Shown here: positions 1 to 10,242 of the stretch, piece by piece | Layout: every line of letters starts with the position of its first letter | How positions within the stretch are numbered: the stretch's first letter is position 1 | Source: Bacteroidota bacterium | GTDB lineage: Bacteria; Bacteroidota; Bacteroidia; NS11-12g; UBA955 | Direction: 5' to 3' | DNA length: 64,000 bases | Assembly (NCBI GenBank): GCA_018333525.1 | Contig: JAGXTF010000013.1 | Span: 24,912 to 88,911 of the forward strand | Notes under the pieces: model-generated | What the model saw: only the letters and a program-made list of their open reading frames with translations | Told to the model about the DNA's origin: nothing | Databases searched by the model: none | Made by a program: the position numbers and the translations under genes

Positions 1-89
1 GGGAAAGATGGGCAAACCCGGACTAATGAAGAATTTGTGGTAAGCAGCTGTTTTATCCCAAAGAAAAAAGAATAACAACCTCTCGTTTT

Positions 90-130
90 ACGGGCATCCT
101 GAACTTTCGGGGTGCCTGTTTCTTTTTTTT
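90..130 (+). terminator. Rho-independent terminator of a + strand gene that ends at the left edge
   Basis: A 10-bp stem (90-99 pairs with 110-119, including G-U wobbles) with a 10-nt loop, followed by the T-rich run 120-130. The frame-1 reading frame entering from the left edge stops at 73-75. Confidence 0.6.
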
Positions 131-224
131 GAAACCATTCCTTTCACAATAGGAATTCTTTTTTTCGATTTTAAAAAACTCACTAAATTCAATTTATTAT
201 TTGAATTCAGGAATTCTAAAACCT

Positions 225-1463
225 TCAATCCAAAGAGGCAATAGTTTTCTCAATAATATCGCAGGCTTCCTGCATCTCTTCTTCGGAAATAATCAGTGGC
301 GGAGCGAAGCGAATAATATCTCCATGCGTTTGTTTTGCAAGCAATCCATGGTGCATGAGTTCATAACAAACATCTTCTGCTGTTTTATTACCTCCGAATG
401 GTTGCACTGTAATCGCATTGAGTAAGCCCTTACCCCTTACATTCGAAATCAATGGACTTTGAATAGCCTGCATTCTGTTTCGAAAAATTTCCCCCATGAT
501 TTCAGCATTTTTTGCCAATTCTTCTTTCTCCACAACCTCCAATGCGGCAATGGCTACAACACATGCCAAAGGATTTCCGCCAAATGTACTTCCATGTTCT
601 CCGGGTTTTAAGGTGAGCATAACCTCATCAGAAGTTAAAACTGCACTTACCGGAAAAACGCCACCACCCAGTGCCTTGCCCAAAACCAGAATATCCGGTT
701 TTACGTCTTCATGGTCGCAGGCCAATAGCTTTCCGGTTCTGGCAATTCCGGTTTGTACTTCATCGGCGATAAACAATACATTATACTGGTTACAAAGGTT
801 TCGAACTCCTGTCAGGTAATTGGAATCCGGAACCACTACCCCGGCTTCTCCCTGTATGGGTTCCACCATAAATGCGGCGATATTTTTATTTTGAAATGCT
901 GCCTCCAGAGCAACTAAATCATTAAATGGAATTTTTTGAAAGCCCGGCACATAAGGCCCGAAATTGGTATAACTCTGCGGATCTGTACTGGCGCTCACTG
1001 CGGCAATGCTTCGGCCCCAGAAATTGTCATTGGCAAAGAGGACTATCGCTTCGTTATTAGGTATGCCTTTTACTTCATACGCCCATTTTCTGGCGAGTTT
1101 TACAGCCGATTCGCAGGCTTCAACTCCGGAATTCATCGGCAATACGCGGTCGTATTGGAAGTATTTGGCCAGGTATTCCTCAAAAATACCCAGCTTGTCA
1201 TTGTGAAATGCCCTGCTGGTAAGTGTAAGATTACTTGCCTGAGAAGTGAGAGCGCGAATAATATCCGGATGACAGTGACCTTGATTCACAGCGGAATAAG
1301 CTGAAAGAAAATCAAAGTATTTTTTACCATCCGTATCCCATACAAAAATGCCTTCGCCTTTCGACAGAACAACCGGAAGTGGTTTATAGTTAAATGCTCC
1401 GTATTGCTTCTCCAGGGCTATATAATCGCTCATTTCCAATATTTCGGATGGATTTACTATCAT
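225..1463 (-). CDS. rocD: Ornithine--oxo-acid aminotransferase (class III PLP aminotransferase)
   Basis: 412-aa ORF with an OAT-like N-terminal region ([37 protein letters not shown]) and DEVQTG plus a PLP-lysine region ([10 protein letters not shown]). Confidence 0.9.
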   Translation of the reverse strand: MIVNPSEILEMSDYIALEKQYGAFNYKPLPVVLSKGEGIFVWDTDGKKYFDFLSAYSAVNQGHCHPDIIRALTSQASNLTLTSRAFHNDKLGIFEEYLAKYFQYDRVLPMNSGVEACESAVKLARKWAYEVKGIPNNEAIVLFANDNFWGRSIAAVSASTDPQSYTNFGPYVPGFQKIPFNDLVALEAAFQNKNIAAFMVEPIQGEAGVVVPDSNYLTGVRNLCNQYNVLFIADEVQTGIARTGKLLACDHEDVKPDILVLGKALGGGVFPVSAVLTSDEVMLTLKPGEHGSTFGGNPLACVVAIAALEVVEKEELAKNAEIMGEIFRNRMQAIQSPLISNVRGKGLLNAITVQPFGGNKTAEDVCYELMHHGLLAKQTHGDIIRFAPPLIISEEEMQEACDIIEKTIASLD

Positions 1464-1467
1464 TTGG

Positions 1468-1475
1468 CAAAATTA
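1468..1475 (-). promoter_or_regulatory. Bacteroidota -7 box TAATTTTG, 4 nt upstream of the rocD ATG
   Basis: The minus strand reads TAATTTTG-CCAA-ATG, an exact match to TAnnTTTG. Confidence 0.5.
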
Positions 1476-1517
1476 ATTAATTCAGGCCGAAACGTTGCTA
1501 TTTCATTGGCTTTCCCA

Positions 1518-1525
1518 TAAATTTG
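1518..1525 (+). promoter_or_regulatory. -7 box TAAATTTG for the 1538 gene (divergent from rocD)
   Basis: Exact TAnnTTTG match 12 nt upstream of the ATG at 1538. The TTG start at 1523 given in the ORF track lies inside this motif. Confidence 0.45.
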
Positions 1526-1537
1526 ACATTCTTGAGA

Positions 1538-4500
1538 ATGAGGGTATTATTTTTATTTTTTACATTCTTTTTCAGCATTTTTGGCTCGCTTTATTCTCAG
1601 GGGATATACAAAGAATTCGGCCAAAACAGGGTTCAATACCGCGATTTTAATTGGGACAAACTCACCTTCAATAACATTGATATTATTTATTATGACAATG
1701 AAGGAATACTCGCAAATAATGCATTGCAATTAGCAACGCGCGAATTGGAACGGTTGGAAACTTTCCTTTCTTATAAATATGGTGGAGCCATGCAACTGGT
1801 AGTTTTCAGCAATCTCAATGATTACCGGCAAAGCAATATCGGATATACCAATCCATTGCTTAGCAGTGGCGGATTTTTGGTAATTCCCAATGATGTAAAT
1901 ACCATTTATTTTGACGGGAGTTACACCAATTTACAAATGCAATTGCGCAAGGCGATTTGTGATATCATGCTTCGCGAAATGATATATGGTGGCACCTTGC
2001 AGGACAGATTTGAACGTGTGCGGTCCCCGATGTTGCCTGCCTGGTTTACAGAGGGTCTTGGTGCATTTTTATCCGAAAGTTGGAATGCAGATCTGGAAAA
2101 CCAGATGAACAATGCCATTTCCACCAATATGTTTTCCAATTTCAACAACTTAAATCCTGAAGAAACAAAATTGGCCGGACACAGTATCTGGCGGTACCTG
2201 GTTGAAGCCTATGGTGCGGAAGCATTAAGTACCATTGTTTTTATCTCCAGATATACGCATAGCGTAGATGCGGCAATTTATTTTCATACCAGAAAAAATA
2301 TGGGTGAATTTCTCAAAGACTGGCGGGAATTTTATGTGAAGAATTTGGGTGCAAATCCGAATCAGAACCTGCCCAGAGGGAAAAGCAATATACCGGGAAG
2401 AATTTCCAAAAGAATGCATACCGATATGTCCCTGAGTCCCAATGGTGAAAAGGTGGCTATTGTAACCAATGACCGCGGGCGTTACGATATATGGGAGTTT
2501 GTTTTTGCTACAGGCAAAGTGGTACATATTTATTCAGGTGGGGTTCGTGTACTGAATCAATTGGCAGACTATGAATTTCCCAAGCTTAAATGGAATGCAG
2601 CAAGTGGCGAATTACTATTCGTAACTTATGAAAACGGTAGTTATTTTTTGATGTCGTATAAAAACGGGCATGTTAAAAAAACGGATGAGTTCGCTCCATT
2701 CACAGCGGTTTTGGATTTTAGTATAAGTTCCGATGGTAGCAGCATGGCATTCAGCGGTGTTAAAAATGGACGAACGGACTTGTACATCATGGATTTAAAA
2801 TCCAAAATAATAAACCGTATTACCAATGATTTGTTTTACGATGCTTGTCCGGTATTCAGAAAAGATGGAAGCGTCTTATTTGTTTCCAATCGTCCGCTGA
2901 ACAAGGATTCCGGATTTCTTGGGTATGTAAATTATACCAATAATATTTTTGAATATACAAATGGAGATATCCATCCATTAACCGCTTTTAATCAAAAAGT
3001 AAATTTGAGTTCTATCATTGAGTATAATGAAAAAACATTTGGATTTTTATCGGATCATTCCGGTATACGCAATGCTTATGTGGTTATTGCCGATTCCGGC
3101 ACTCAGGTTTTCCCACAAACCAACTATAAACTTGGAATACTTAACCAATCGGTTTCATTTGACCAGAAATCGCTTGCAGAGCTGCTTCTCATTGAAGGCA
3201 GATTTAATATTTTTACCAGTTTGATCCCTCAAAATCCAATTAATGAATCGGTTCCAATCCAAATACTAAAATGGAAAACCACTATTGAAAACATCGATTC
3301 GCTGTTTGCCGACAGAAATGTCAGAATCAGCAATCAGTATTTAAACGGAAATGATTCGGTTTCATATTCCAAGCTCGATAGCTTACAACGCAGTTATAAA
3401 TTTCAAACCGGATTTGAAAAAGTGGATTATAAAATTAATTATCCGGAAGATTCTTCTATTACGGTAAATCATTTTAAGCACGGACGTTTTTATAATTCAC
3501 TTCAACCCGATTTTCTGTTATCACAATCGGAAAACAGGGTATTGGGCAGTTACCTTTTTAACAATAACATACGCAGAGATGCATTGCGCAACCCGTTGAT
3601 TATGCCATATATGAAAGTCTCCCTCGCCGATGTACTCAAAAACTATATCATTGAAGCGGGCTTCAGAACCAGTTTGGATTTATTGCAAACCGATTATACC
3701 TCCAGATTTGCAGTACTCAAATACAGATTGGATCATGAACTGTCTATTTCCAGGCACATGCGCAAGTTTGAAGATGCAGGGAATGTGTTAAAACAGAATA
3801 TTAGCATTCAAAGTGCTTACACATTGTCCCTGCCACTTAATGAAAGAAGCCGAATTTCAACACAATTTGGTGCCCGTTATGAATATCTTACCATTAAAGG
3901 CTCTGAAAGTCAGAATCTGGATATTCCGGACATTCGCGATTATTATCTTACCGGAAATGTATCTTACATTTTCGATAATACCACTTCATTGGGATTGAAT
4001 ATGATGAAGGGTTCCAGAGCCGCAATTGGATTTGACTTATACCAAAAATTGAATTCTGATTTGCTGGTAAATAATATTTGTGGTGATGTAAGGACCTACA
4101 TTCCGGTATATCAAAAAATTATTTGGGCAAACAGGCTTGCATTTTCATACGCATTAGGTAACGGAAAGGTTGCATATTATTTAGGGGCCGTGGAAAATTG
4201 GACCGGAAAAAATCAGTTTGCACCCTATTCGCAAACTTTGCAAAACAATACCTATGTTTTCCAGCAATGGGTTTCAAACCTGCGTGGATTTGGGCGCGGT
4301 ATACGTTTGGGCAGCAGTTTTGCAATTTTAAACTCCGAATTGCGTATACCTGTATTTCAAACTTTTATCAAAAGACCGGTAGAATCAGAATTCTTCCGCT
4401 ATTTTACATGCAATATTTTTTCCGACATCGGAACTGCATTTATTGGAAAGTCACCGGCAGATCCGGAAAACCTGTTCAACACCATTTATTACAGCACACC

Positions 4501-4672
4501 CAATTACGATATCAGTATAACTTCAAAAAGAAATCCACTTGTAATGGGAATTGGTTTTGGTGCAAGAACCCGATTTTTAGGCTATTTCATTAAATATGAT
4601 CGGGGTTATGGAAGAATTGAAAATACCTGGTTAACACCCATGAATTACATTTCCCTCGGCTTTGATTTTTAA
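1538..4672 (+). CDS. Large secreted protein with TolB-type (PD40) beta-propeller repeats and a C-terminal outer-membrane beta-barrel-like domain
   Basis: Signal-like N-terminus MRVLFLFFTFFFSIFGSLYSQ. PD40-like repeats (SLSPNGEKVAIVTNDRGRYDIW, SISSDGSSMAFSGVKNGRTDLYIMDL, FRKDGSVLFVSNR). C-terminus ends ...ISLGFDF, an aromatic terminal residue typical of OM barrels. Confidence 0.75.
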   Translation: MRVLFLFFTFFFSIFGSLYSQGIYKEFGQNRVQYRDFNWDKLTFNNIDIIYYDNEGILANNALQLATRELERLETFLSYKYGGAMQLVVFSNLNDYRQSNIGYTNPLLSSGGFLVIPNDVNTIYFDGSYTNLQMQLRKAICDIMLREMIYGGTLQDRFERVRSPMLPAWFTEGLGAFLSESWNADLENQMNNAISTNMFSNFNNLNPEETKLAGHSIWRYLVEAYGAEALSTIVFISRYTHSVDAAIYFHTRKNMGEFLKDWREFYVKNLGANPNQNLPRGKSNIPGRISKRMHTDMSLSPNGEKVAIVTNDRGRYDIWEFVFATGKVVHIYSGGVRVLNQLADYEFPKLKWNAASGELLFVTYENGSYFLMSYKNGHVKKTDEFAPFTAVLDFSISSDGSSMAFSGVKNGRTDLYIMDLKSKIINRITNDLFYDACPVFRKDGSVLFVSNRPLNKDSGFLGYVNYTNNIFEYTNGDIHPLTAFNQKVNLSSIIEYNEKTFGFLSDHSGIRNAYVVIADSGTQVFPQTNYKLGILNQSVSFDQKSLAELLLIEGRFNIFTSLIPQNPINESVPIQILKWKTTIENIDSLFADRNVRISNQYLNGNDSVSYSKLDSLQRSYKFQTGFEKVDYKINYPEDSSITVNHFKHGRFYNSLQPDFLLSQSENRVLGSYLFNNNIRRDALRNPLIMPYMKVSLADVLKNYIIEAGFRTSLDLLQTDYTSRFAVLKYRLDHELSISRHMRKFEDAGNVLKQNISIQSAYTLSLPLNERSRISTQFGARYEYLTIKGSESQNLDIPDIRDYYLTGNVSYIFDNTTSLGLNMMKGSRAAIGFDLYQKLNSDLLVNNICGDVRTYIPVYQKIIWANRLAFSYALGNGKVAYYLGAVENWTGKNQFAPYSQTLQNNTYVFQQWVSNLRGFGRGIRLGSSFAILNSELRIPVFQTFIKRPVESEFFRYFTCNIFSDIGTAFIGKSPADPENLFNTIYYSTPNYDISITSKRNPLVMGIGFGARTRFLGYFIKYDRGYGRIENTWLTPMNYISLGFDF

Positions 4673-4753
4673 AATATCCGAAAAAACATTGGATTCCATT
4701 TTAATGAAGCGGATTTTACGCTTATTTTGCACCTTTATTTTCCAAAACGTTTC

Positions 4754-5779
4754 ATGGGAATCTTCAGCTTTTTAACACAGGAACTGGCAATTGACTTAGG
4801 CACTGCCAACACCCTAATCATCTACAAAGACAAGGTGGTGGTGGATGAACCATCCATAATTGCTTTGGAGAGAAGCACAGGAAATGTGATTGCCATTGGC
4901 AAAGAAGCCATGCAGATGTATGGGAAAGAAAATGAAGGAATTAAAACTATTCGTCCTCTGAAGGACGGTGTGATAGCAGATTTTCAGGCCGCTGAACATA
5001 TGATTCGGGGCATGATCCGAATGATGAATCAAAAACAGCGCTGGATTTCACCACAACTGAAAATGGTTATCTGCATTCCATCCGGTATTACAGAAGTTGA
5101 AAAACGAGCTGTAAAAGACAGTGCTGAACGCAGTGGTGCCAAAGAAGTTTATCTGATTCATGAACCAATGGCCGCTGCTGTTGGTATTGGTATTGATGTT
5201 ACCCAGCCTCAGGGAAACATGGTAATTGACATTGGTGGTGGTACCACTGAAATAGCAATTATTGCCCTGGGAGGAATTGTTTGTGATGAGAGCATCAGAG
5301 TCGCAGGCGATGAATTTAACCTCGACATTTTGGAATACATGCGCAGGGAGCATAACCTCTTAATTGGCGAACGCACAGCAGAGAAAATTAAAATCAATAT
5401 TGGCAGCGCACTGCAGGAATTGGATCACCCACCTGAAGATTATGCGGTTTTTGGAAGGGATTTAATGACCGGAATTCCAAAACAAATTATGGTGAGCTAC
5501 AGTGAAATTGCCCGTGCTTTGGATAAAAGTATTATGAAAATTGAAGAGGCTATTTTGCGCGCTCTGGAACAATCTCCACCTGAATTAAGCGCTGATATTC
5601 TCACCAATGGAATTTGGCTTACTGGCGGCGGGGCATTACTGCGCGGGCTGGATAAAAGAATTTCAGCTAAAACCAAATTAAAGGTTCAGATTGCAGATGA
5701 TCCGCTTCGCGCTGTTGTGAGAGGAACGGGTATTGCTTTGAAAAATATCGGTAAGTTCAAATTCTTAATGACCGCGTAA
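4754..5779 (+). CDS. mreB: Rod shape-determining actin homologue MreB
   Basis: Actin-fold motifs IDLGTANT, DIGGGTTE and GIWLTGGGALLRGL. Start placed at ATG 4754 (MGIFSF...) rather than the TTG at 4727. Confidence 0.95.
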   Translation: MGIFSFLTQELAIDLGTANTLIIYKDKVVVDEPSIIALERSTGNVIAIGKEAMQMYGKENEGIKTIRPLKDGVIADFQAAEHMIRGMIRMMNQKQRWISPQLKMVICIPSGITEVEKRAVKDSAERSGAKEVYLIHEPMAAAVGIGIDVTQPQGNMVIDIGGGTTEIAIIALGGIVCDESIRVAGDEFNLDILEYMRREHNLLIGERTAEKIKINIGSALQELDHPPEDYAVFGRDLMTGIPKQIMVSYSEIARALDKSIMKIEEAILRALEQSPPELSADILTNGIWLTGGGALLRGLDKRISAKTKLKVQIADDPLRAVVRGTGIALKNIGKFKFLMTA

Positions 5780-5789
5780 AACCTGAAAT

Positions 5790-6632
5790 ATGCTGTACCT
5801 GTTCCGTTTATTGCGGAATAATCTCTTCGCCGTAACTTTTATTCTCTTACTGGGGATTTCGGTATCACAGGTAGTCAGATACAATATTTATCAGGAAAGT
5901 TTTTATTTTAATTCTTCCAGAGCAATTTTAAATAATATTGCCGCATCTCAATTTGCAGTAAAAGAATATTTTGATCTGAGAGAAGTTAACAAAGCCCTGC
6001 TGGAAGAAAACAACCGCTTGCGCTCCTCCGGCTTGAGGGATTTGGTCTTTAGTGATACCGGGGTCATTGTAAATCGGGATAGCAACGGCAAAAAGCGATA
6101 TACATATGTCACTTGCAGGGTGGTGAAAAATTCTACCAGAATGCGCAATAATTTTATCACTATAGATAAAGGTTGGAGCAGCGGAATTAAAAGGGGAATG
6201 GCTGTTATTTCTCCGTCTGGCATTGCAGGTTTGGTATATGAAGTAAATGAAAATTTTTCTCTGGTCTTATCTGTTTTGAATTCCAAATTTGTTACCACCC
6301 CAATGATTCCTGCCATTCAATTCAGAGAGGGTTCCATTACATGGAACGGTCGGGATCCGTCTTTGGCACAATTAAATTGGGTAAATAAATTTGAAAAATT
6401 AAGTCCGGGAATGGATGTGCTCACCAGCAATTTTTCTGTAAAATATCCACCAGGAATTCCCATTGGAAAAATTAAATCCGTGCGCAAAAAACCTACATCG
6501 TCTTTCTACGATGTAGACATTGTATTGGCCACAAATTTCAACAAAATTGGTTTTTTGTATGTAGTAAAAGACAACTTTACACACCAATTGGATACGCTTT
6601 CAAAAAATGAGGAGGTAATTTATGCTCCTTGA
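5790..6632 (+). CDS. mreC: Rod shape-determining protein MreC
   Basis: Lies immediately after mreB. Has an N-terminal TM helix, a coiled-coil stretch (LLEENNRLR) and a beta-rich C-terminal part. Confidence 0.85.
   Translation: MLYLFRLLRNNLFAVTFILLLGISVSQVVRYNIYQESFYFNSSRAILNNIAASQFAVKEYFDLREVNKALLEENNRLRSSGLRDLVFSDTGVIVNRDSNGKKRYTYVTCRVVKNSTRMRNNFITIDKGWSSGIKRGMAVISPSGIAGLVYEVNENFSLVLSVLNSKFVTTPMIPAIQFREGSITWNGRDPSLAQLNWVNKFEKLSPGMDVLTSNFSVKYPPGIPIGKIKSVRKKPTSSFYDVDIVLATNFNKIGFLYVVKDNFTHQLDTLSKNEEVIYAP
6610..6615 (+). promoter_or_regulatory. Perfect Shine-Dalgarno AGGAGG for mreD
   Basis: AGGAGG-N6-ATG(6622), located inside the 3' end of mreC. Confidence 0.5.
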
Positions 6633-7134
6633 TGGATTGCGATATACCATTATCGCTTTATTGTTGCTCGTAATTCAATTCTTTTTCATTCAGAATATCA
6701 ACTTCAGTACATGGATACAGCCTATGCCCTATTTGTATTTACTTCTGATTTTGCCATTTTCAATGAATCGTTTTTTGGTATTGGGTATTGCGTTTTTTAT
6801 GGGATTTCTATTGGATAGTGTTGGAGACACATATGGCATGCACGCTGCATCCATGGTTACTCTGGCGTTTGCAAAAGTGAATATAGACAAGCGTATTCTT
6901 GATATTGATTCTATTCAATTACAGGGCTACAATTATCTTACACCACAATACAAAGGATTTCGATACTACGCTGTTTATACCTTGCTACTTATCTGGCTCC
7001 ATCATATCGTTTTTTCTATTCTGAATTATTTCAAATTCTCAGCTGTATTACAAATAATTGGAGTATCCGGATTGAGCACCATATTTACTTTCTTGTTTAT
7101 TTTGTTGTATGCAACAGTAGCAGGCAGGAGGTAG
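6622..7134 (+). CDS. mreD: Rod shape-determining protein MreD
   Basis: 170-aa polytopic membrane protein between mreC and PBP2. Overlaps the mreC end by 11 nt. Confidence 0.75.
   Translation: MLLDGLRYTIIALLLLVIQFFFIQNINFSTWIQPMPYLYLLLILPFSMNRFLVLGIAFFMGFLLDSVGDTYGMHAASMVTLAFAKVNIDKRILDIDSIQLQGYNYLTPQYKGFRYYAVYTLLLIWLHHIVFSILNYFKFSAVLQIIGVSGLSTIFTFLFILLYATVAGRR
7126..7131 (+). promoter_or_regulatory. Perfect Shine-Dalgarno AGGAGG for mrdA
   Basis: AGGAGG-TAGA-ATG(7136). The mreD stop codon TAG (7132-7134) lies in the spacer. Confidence 0.5.
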
Positions 7135-7135
7135 A

Positions 7136-8974
7136 ATGGCAGAACTGAGCAGCAACAGGCGATTTATGTATGTGGCAGTTTTTGCCATAATTGCTTTGAT
7201 ATATCTGGGTAAAATTCTATCGCTCCAGGTCAATCCTAAGTATGAATTAAAAGCCATTAACAATGCACTGAACAAAATTCCACTTAGTCCTGCAAGAAGT
7301 ATTATTTATGACAGGAATGGCAAATTGATGGTGTATAACATTGCCATTTATGATCTTTGGGTATTCCCCGGAGATGTAGAAAAACTGGATACTGCAGCAT
7401 TTTGTGAAATTCTGAATATCGATAAAATAGAATTTCTGAATCGGATGAAAGACGCCACAGAGAATTCGAAAAGGCGACAAAAAAACGGGCAATTTAACCG
7501 CTCCGCGGTGTTCATGAGTAATTTGAGCAAAACACAATATGCCTCCCTACAGGAAAATATATTTCAATTTCCGGGATTTGTTATTGAACCCAAAACAGAT
7601 CGGTTATATGCAGTAAAAGGTGGCGCACACGTGTTGGGTTATTTGGGCGAGGTAAGTAAGAAAATGTTAAAAAATGATGCTTATTACCACCCCGGGGATT
7701 TGGTTGGAATTACCGGAATTGAAAATACATACGAAAAATATATTCGGGGTATCAAAGGCCAAAGAACGGTTTGGCAAGACAGAACTTATGTGGAACGAGG
7801 GGAAGTGAAAAATGATGAATTTAATTTTCCCGCCGAGGCCGGACCTGATATTTTTTCCAGTTTGGATTTTGATCTGCAGGAATTCGGAGAAAAACTACTC
7901 ACTAACAAAAGGGGAAGTATTGTGGCTATTGAGCCATCTACCGGTGAGGTATTGGCTTTAATTAACAAACCGGATTATGATCCCAATCTCTTAGTTGGTG
8001 ATACACGTGCAAAGTCATTTGGGAAACTTATTATGGATCCCAGAAAACCGCTTTATAACAGAGCGATTAAAGGAATGTATCCACCGGGTTCAACCTTTAA
8101 AACGGTTATGGCTTTAGTGGCCCAACAGGAAGGGGTGTTGCATCCGGAAACCATGCACAGTTGCGCAGGTGGATATCACATGGGTAGCCTGACTGTAGGT
8201 TGCCACCCCCATGGTTCTCCGCTAGATCTCAGAACCAGCATAGCTATATCGTGCAATGCCTATTATTGCCAGGTTTTCAGGGATATCATTGACAATCCGA
8301 AATACACCAGTGTTAGAGAAGGTTATGCATCCTTGGAAAAACACCTTCGCAGTTTTGGACTGGGTTCCAAAACCGGTATCGATTTACCTGGAGAAAACAG
8401 TGGAAATATTCCCTCTGTGGCTTATCTGGATAAAAGGCACGGCAAAAAATGGCGCAGCAGCAATATCATTTCACTTGCAATCGGACAAGGTGAAATATTG
8501 CTCACGCCTCTTCAAATGGCAAATGTAGCCGCAATTATAGCCAACCGTGGTTTCTATTATATCCCACATACTGTACGTGGTATTGGTGCCAAAATGGAAT
8601 TGCCGGTGTCTTTAAAAGTGCGGCATTTTACCACTGTGGATACCCAATATTTCAGGCCTTTGATTGATGGCATGGAGCGCGTTCCAAGGCCTGGAGGAAC
8701 AGCCGGTGGTAGTGGAATTCCCGATATCGTAATTTGTGCAAAAACAGGTACAGCACAAAATCCACACGGTGAAGAACATTCGCTTTATATCGCATTTGCA
8801 CCCAGAGAAAATCCCAAAATTGCCATAGCAGTTGTCGTGGAAAATGGAGGATATGGCGCAACATGGGCTGCGCCTATGGCCAATTTAATGATCGAACATT
8901 ATTTGAATAAAGGGCAGGAACCCAAAGTACCTTATTTACTCGATCGAATGTTGAAAGGGGTTGTAGCCCAATGA
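7136..8974 (+). CDS. mrdA: Penicillin-binding protein 2 (elongasome transpeptidase)
   Basis: SxxK (GSTFKT), SxN (ISCNAYY) and KTG (AKTGTAQ) motifs, with an N-terminal TM anchor. Confidence 0.93.
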   Translation: MAELSSNRRFMYVAVFAIIALIYLGKILSLQVNPKYELKAINNALNKIPLSPARSIIYDRNGKLMVYNIAIYDLWVFPGDVEKLDTAAFCEILNIDKIEFLNRMKDATENSKRRQKNGQFNRSAVFMSNLSKTQYASLQENIFQFPGFVIEPKTDRLYAVKGGAHVLGYLGEVSKKMLKNDAYYHPGDLVGITGIENTYEKYIRGIKGQRTVWQDRTYVERGEVKNDEFNFPAEAGPDIFSSLDFDLQEFGEKLLTNKRGSIVAIEPSTGEVLALINKPDYDPNLLVGDTRAKSFGKLIMDPRKPLYNRAIKGMYPPGSTFKTVMALVAQQEGVLHPETMHSCAGGYHMGSLTVGCHPHGSPLDLRTSIAISCNAYYCQVFRDIIDNPKYTSVREGYASLEKHLRSFGLGSKTGIDLPGENSGNIPSVAYLDKRHGKKWRSSNIISLAIGQGEILLTPLQMANVAAIIANRGFYYIPHTVRGIGAKMELPVSLKVRHFTTVDTQYFRPLIDGMERVPRPGGTAGGSGIPDIVICAKTGTAQNPHGEEHSLYIAFAPRENPKIAIAVVVENGGYGATWAAPMANLMIEHYLNKGQEPKVPYLLDRMLKGVVAQ

Positions 8975-10242
8975 ACAATACCCGGGGAATAAATGAAAAT
9001 CCAAAACTGGATTCTATTTCCATATTTTTTTATGCATTATTGGTATTAATTGGTTTGGTAAATATTTATTCGGCAACTTCCGATGTAAACCAAACATTTT
9101 CATTTTCTATTACCAGTGTGTCCGGCCGACAAGTATTATGGATTGGTGGATCTTTACTGATAATTCTCACAATCGCTTTTTTAAACGTAGCAGTAATTGA
9201 TTATTTCGCATATGGTTTTTATGCCATAACCATACTGCTGAATATTGCAGTAATATTTCTTGGAAAAGAAGTTTCAGGTGCCAAATCCTGGTTCGGATTT
9301 GGTGGGGTTGGAATTCAACCCAGTGAATTTGCAAAAGTAGGAGCAGCACTGGCTTTGGCAAAATTTCTGGGTACTTACGGTATACGATTTAAGGGTAGAA
9401 AAAATATACTTAAAGCGTTGGGTATTTTTTTACTGCCCATGGCAATTATTCTGGTGCAAAATGATACCGGAAGTGCATTGGTTTTCCTCGCGTTTTTTTT
9501 GGTATTATATCGCGAAGGTTTGCCAGGATATATTTTATTATCCGCATTGTGGCTGGGAATTCTCGGTATTACCGGAATCATTTTTATTGCAAAGGAAATA
9601 AGCCATTGGTGGGAAACGGGAATTCTTTCAGCACTTGCATTATTTGTAATTTATCTGGGAAGAAAAAACAGACAATTTGTTAGCGCGGTGGCATTAATCA
9701 CACTGATTTCAGTGGTATTCAGTTATGGAGTACGTTTTGCATATACGGGTGTTCTTAAGGGATATCAAAGAGACCGCATAGAATTAATTCTCGCATTAAA
9801 AGAAGATAACAAAGGCGCAGGATATAATCTGGCACAAAGCCAAATAGCCATAGGTGCTGGCAAAATAACAGGACGTGGTTTTTTGGACGGAACCCAAACC
9901 AAAATGGGATTTGTTCCGGAACAACATACGGATTTTATTTTTTGCACCATAGCTGAAGAATGGGGTTTTCTCGGTGTTCTGGTGTTTTTCCTGATTTATT
10001 TTGGATTGCTATTTCGACTGGTAACATTGGCAGAACGGCAAACCACGGTATTTGGCAGGGTGTTGGGGTATTCCGTAACCTGTATTATTTTCATGCATGT
10101 GGCCGTAAATATTGGAATGACTATAGGATTGGTGCCGGTAATTGGAATACCACTGCCATTCATCAGTTTTGGTGGATCCAGCCTTTGGGCTTTTACACTA
10201 CTGCTGTTTACTTTCTTAAAAGTGGATGAAAAACGCCGGTGA
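8971..10242 (+). CDS. rodA: SEDS-family peptidoglycan polymerase RodA
   Basis: FtsW/RodA/SpoVE-type polytopic protein (IQPSEFAKV, PEQHTDFIF, GIPLPFISFGGSS). ATGA overlap with mrdA. Confidence 0.93.
   Translation: MNNTRGINENPKLDSISIFFYALLVLIGLVNIYSATSDVNQTFSFSITSVSGRQVLWIGGSLLIILTIAFLNVAVIDYFAYGFYAITILLNIAVIFLGKEVSGAKSWFGFGGVGIQPSEFAKVGAALALAKFLGTYGIRFKGRKNILKALGIFLLPMAIILVQNDTGSALVFLAFFLVLYREGLPGYILLSALWLGILGITGIIFIAKEISHWWETGILSALALFVIYLGRKNRQFVSAVALITLISVVFSYGVRFAYTGVLKGYQRDRIELILALKEDNKGAGYNLAQSQIAIGAGKITGRGFLDGTQTKMGFVPEQHTDFIFCTIAEEWGFLGVLVFFLIYFGLLFRLVTLAERQTTVFGRVLGYSVTCIIFMHVAVNIGMTIGLVPVIGIPLPFISFGGSSLWAFTLLLFTFLKVDEKRR

Noticed and set aside
1-75. Partial CDS at the left edge (frame 1, ...GKDGQTRTNEEFVVSSCFIPKKKE, stop at 73-75).
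   Set aside because: Only 24 codons are visible, and the other two frames stop earlier. The terminator at 90-130 supports a gene ending here, but the frame and product cannot be established.
4723-4730. TATTTTGC upstream of mreB as a -7 box. Similar 7-mer variants (TAnTTTG) occur upstream of 46714, 47767 and 58608.
   Set aside because: The motif is one base short of TAnnTTTG. It is plausibly a functional variant, but not well enough supported to list as a feature.
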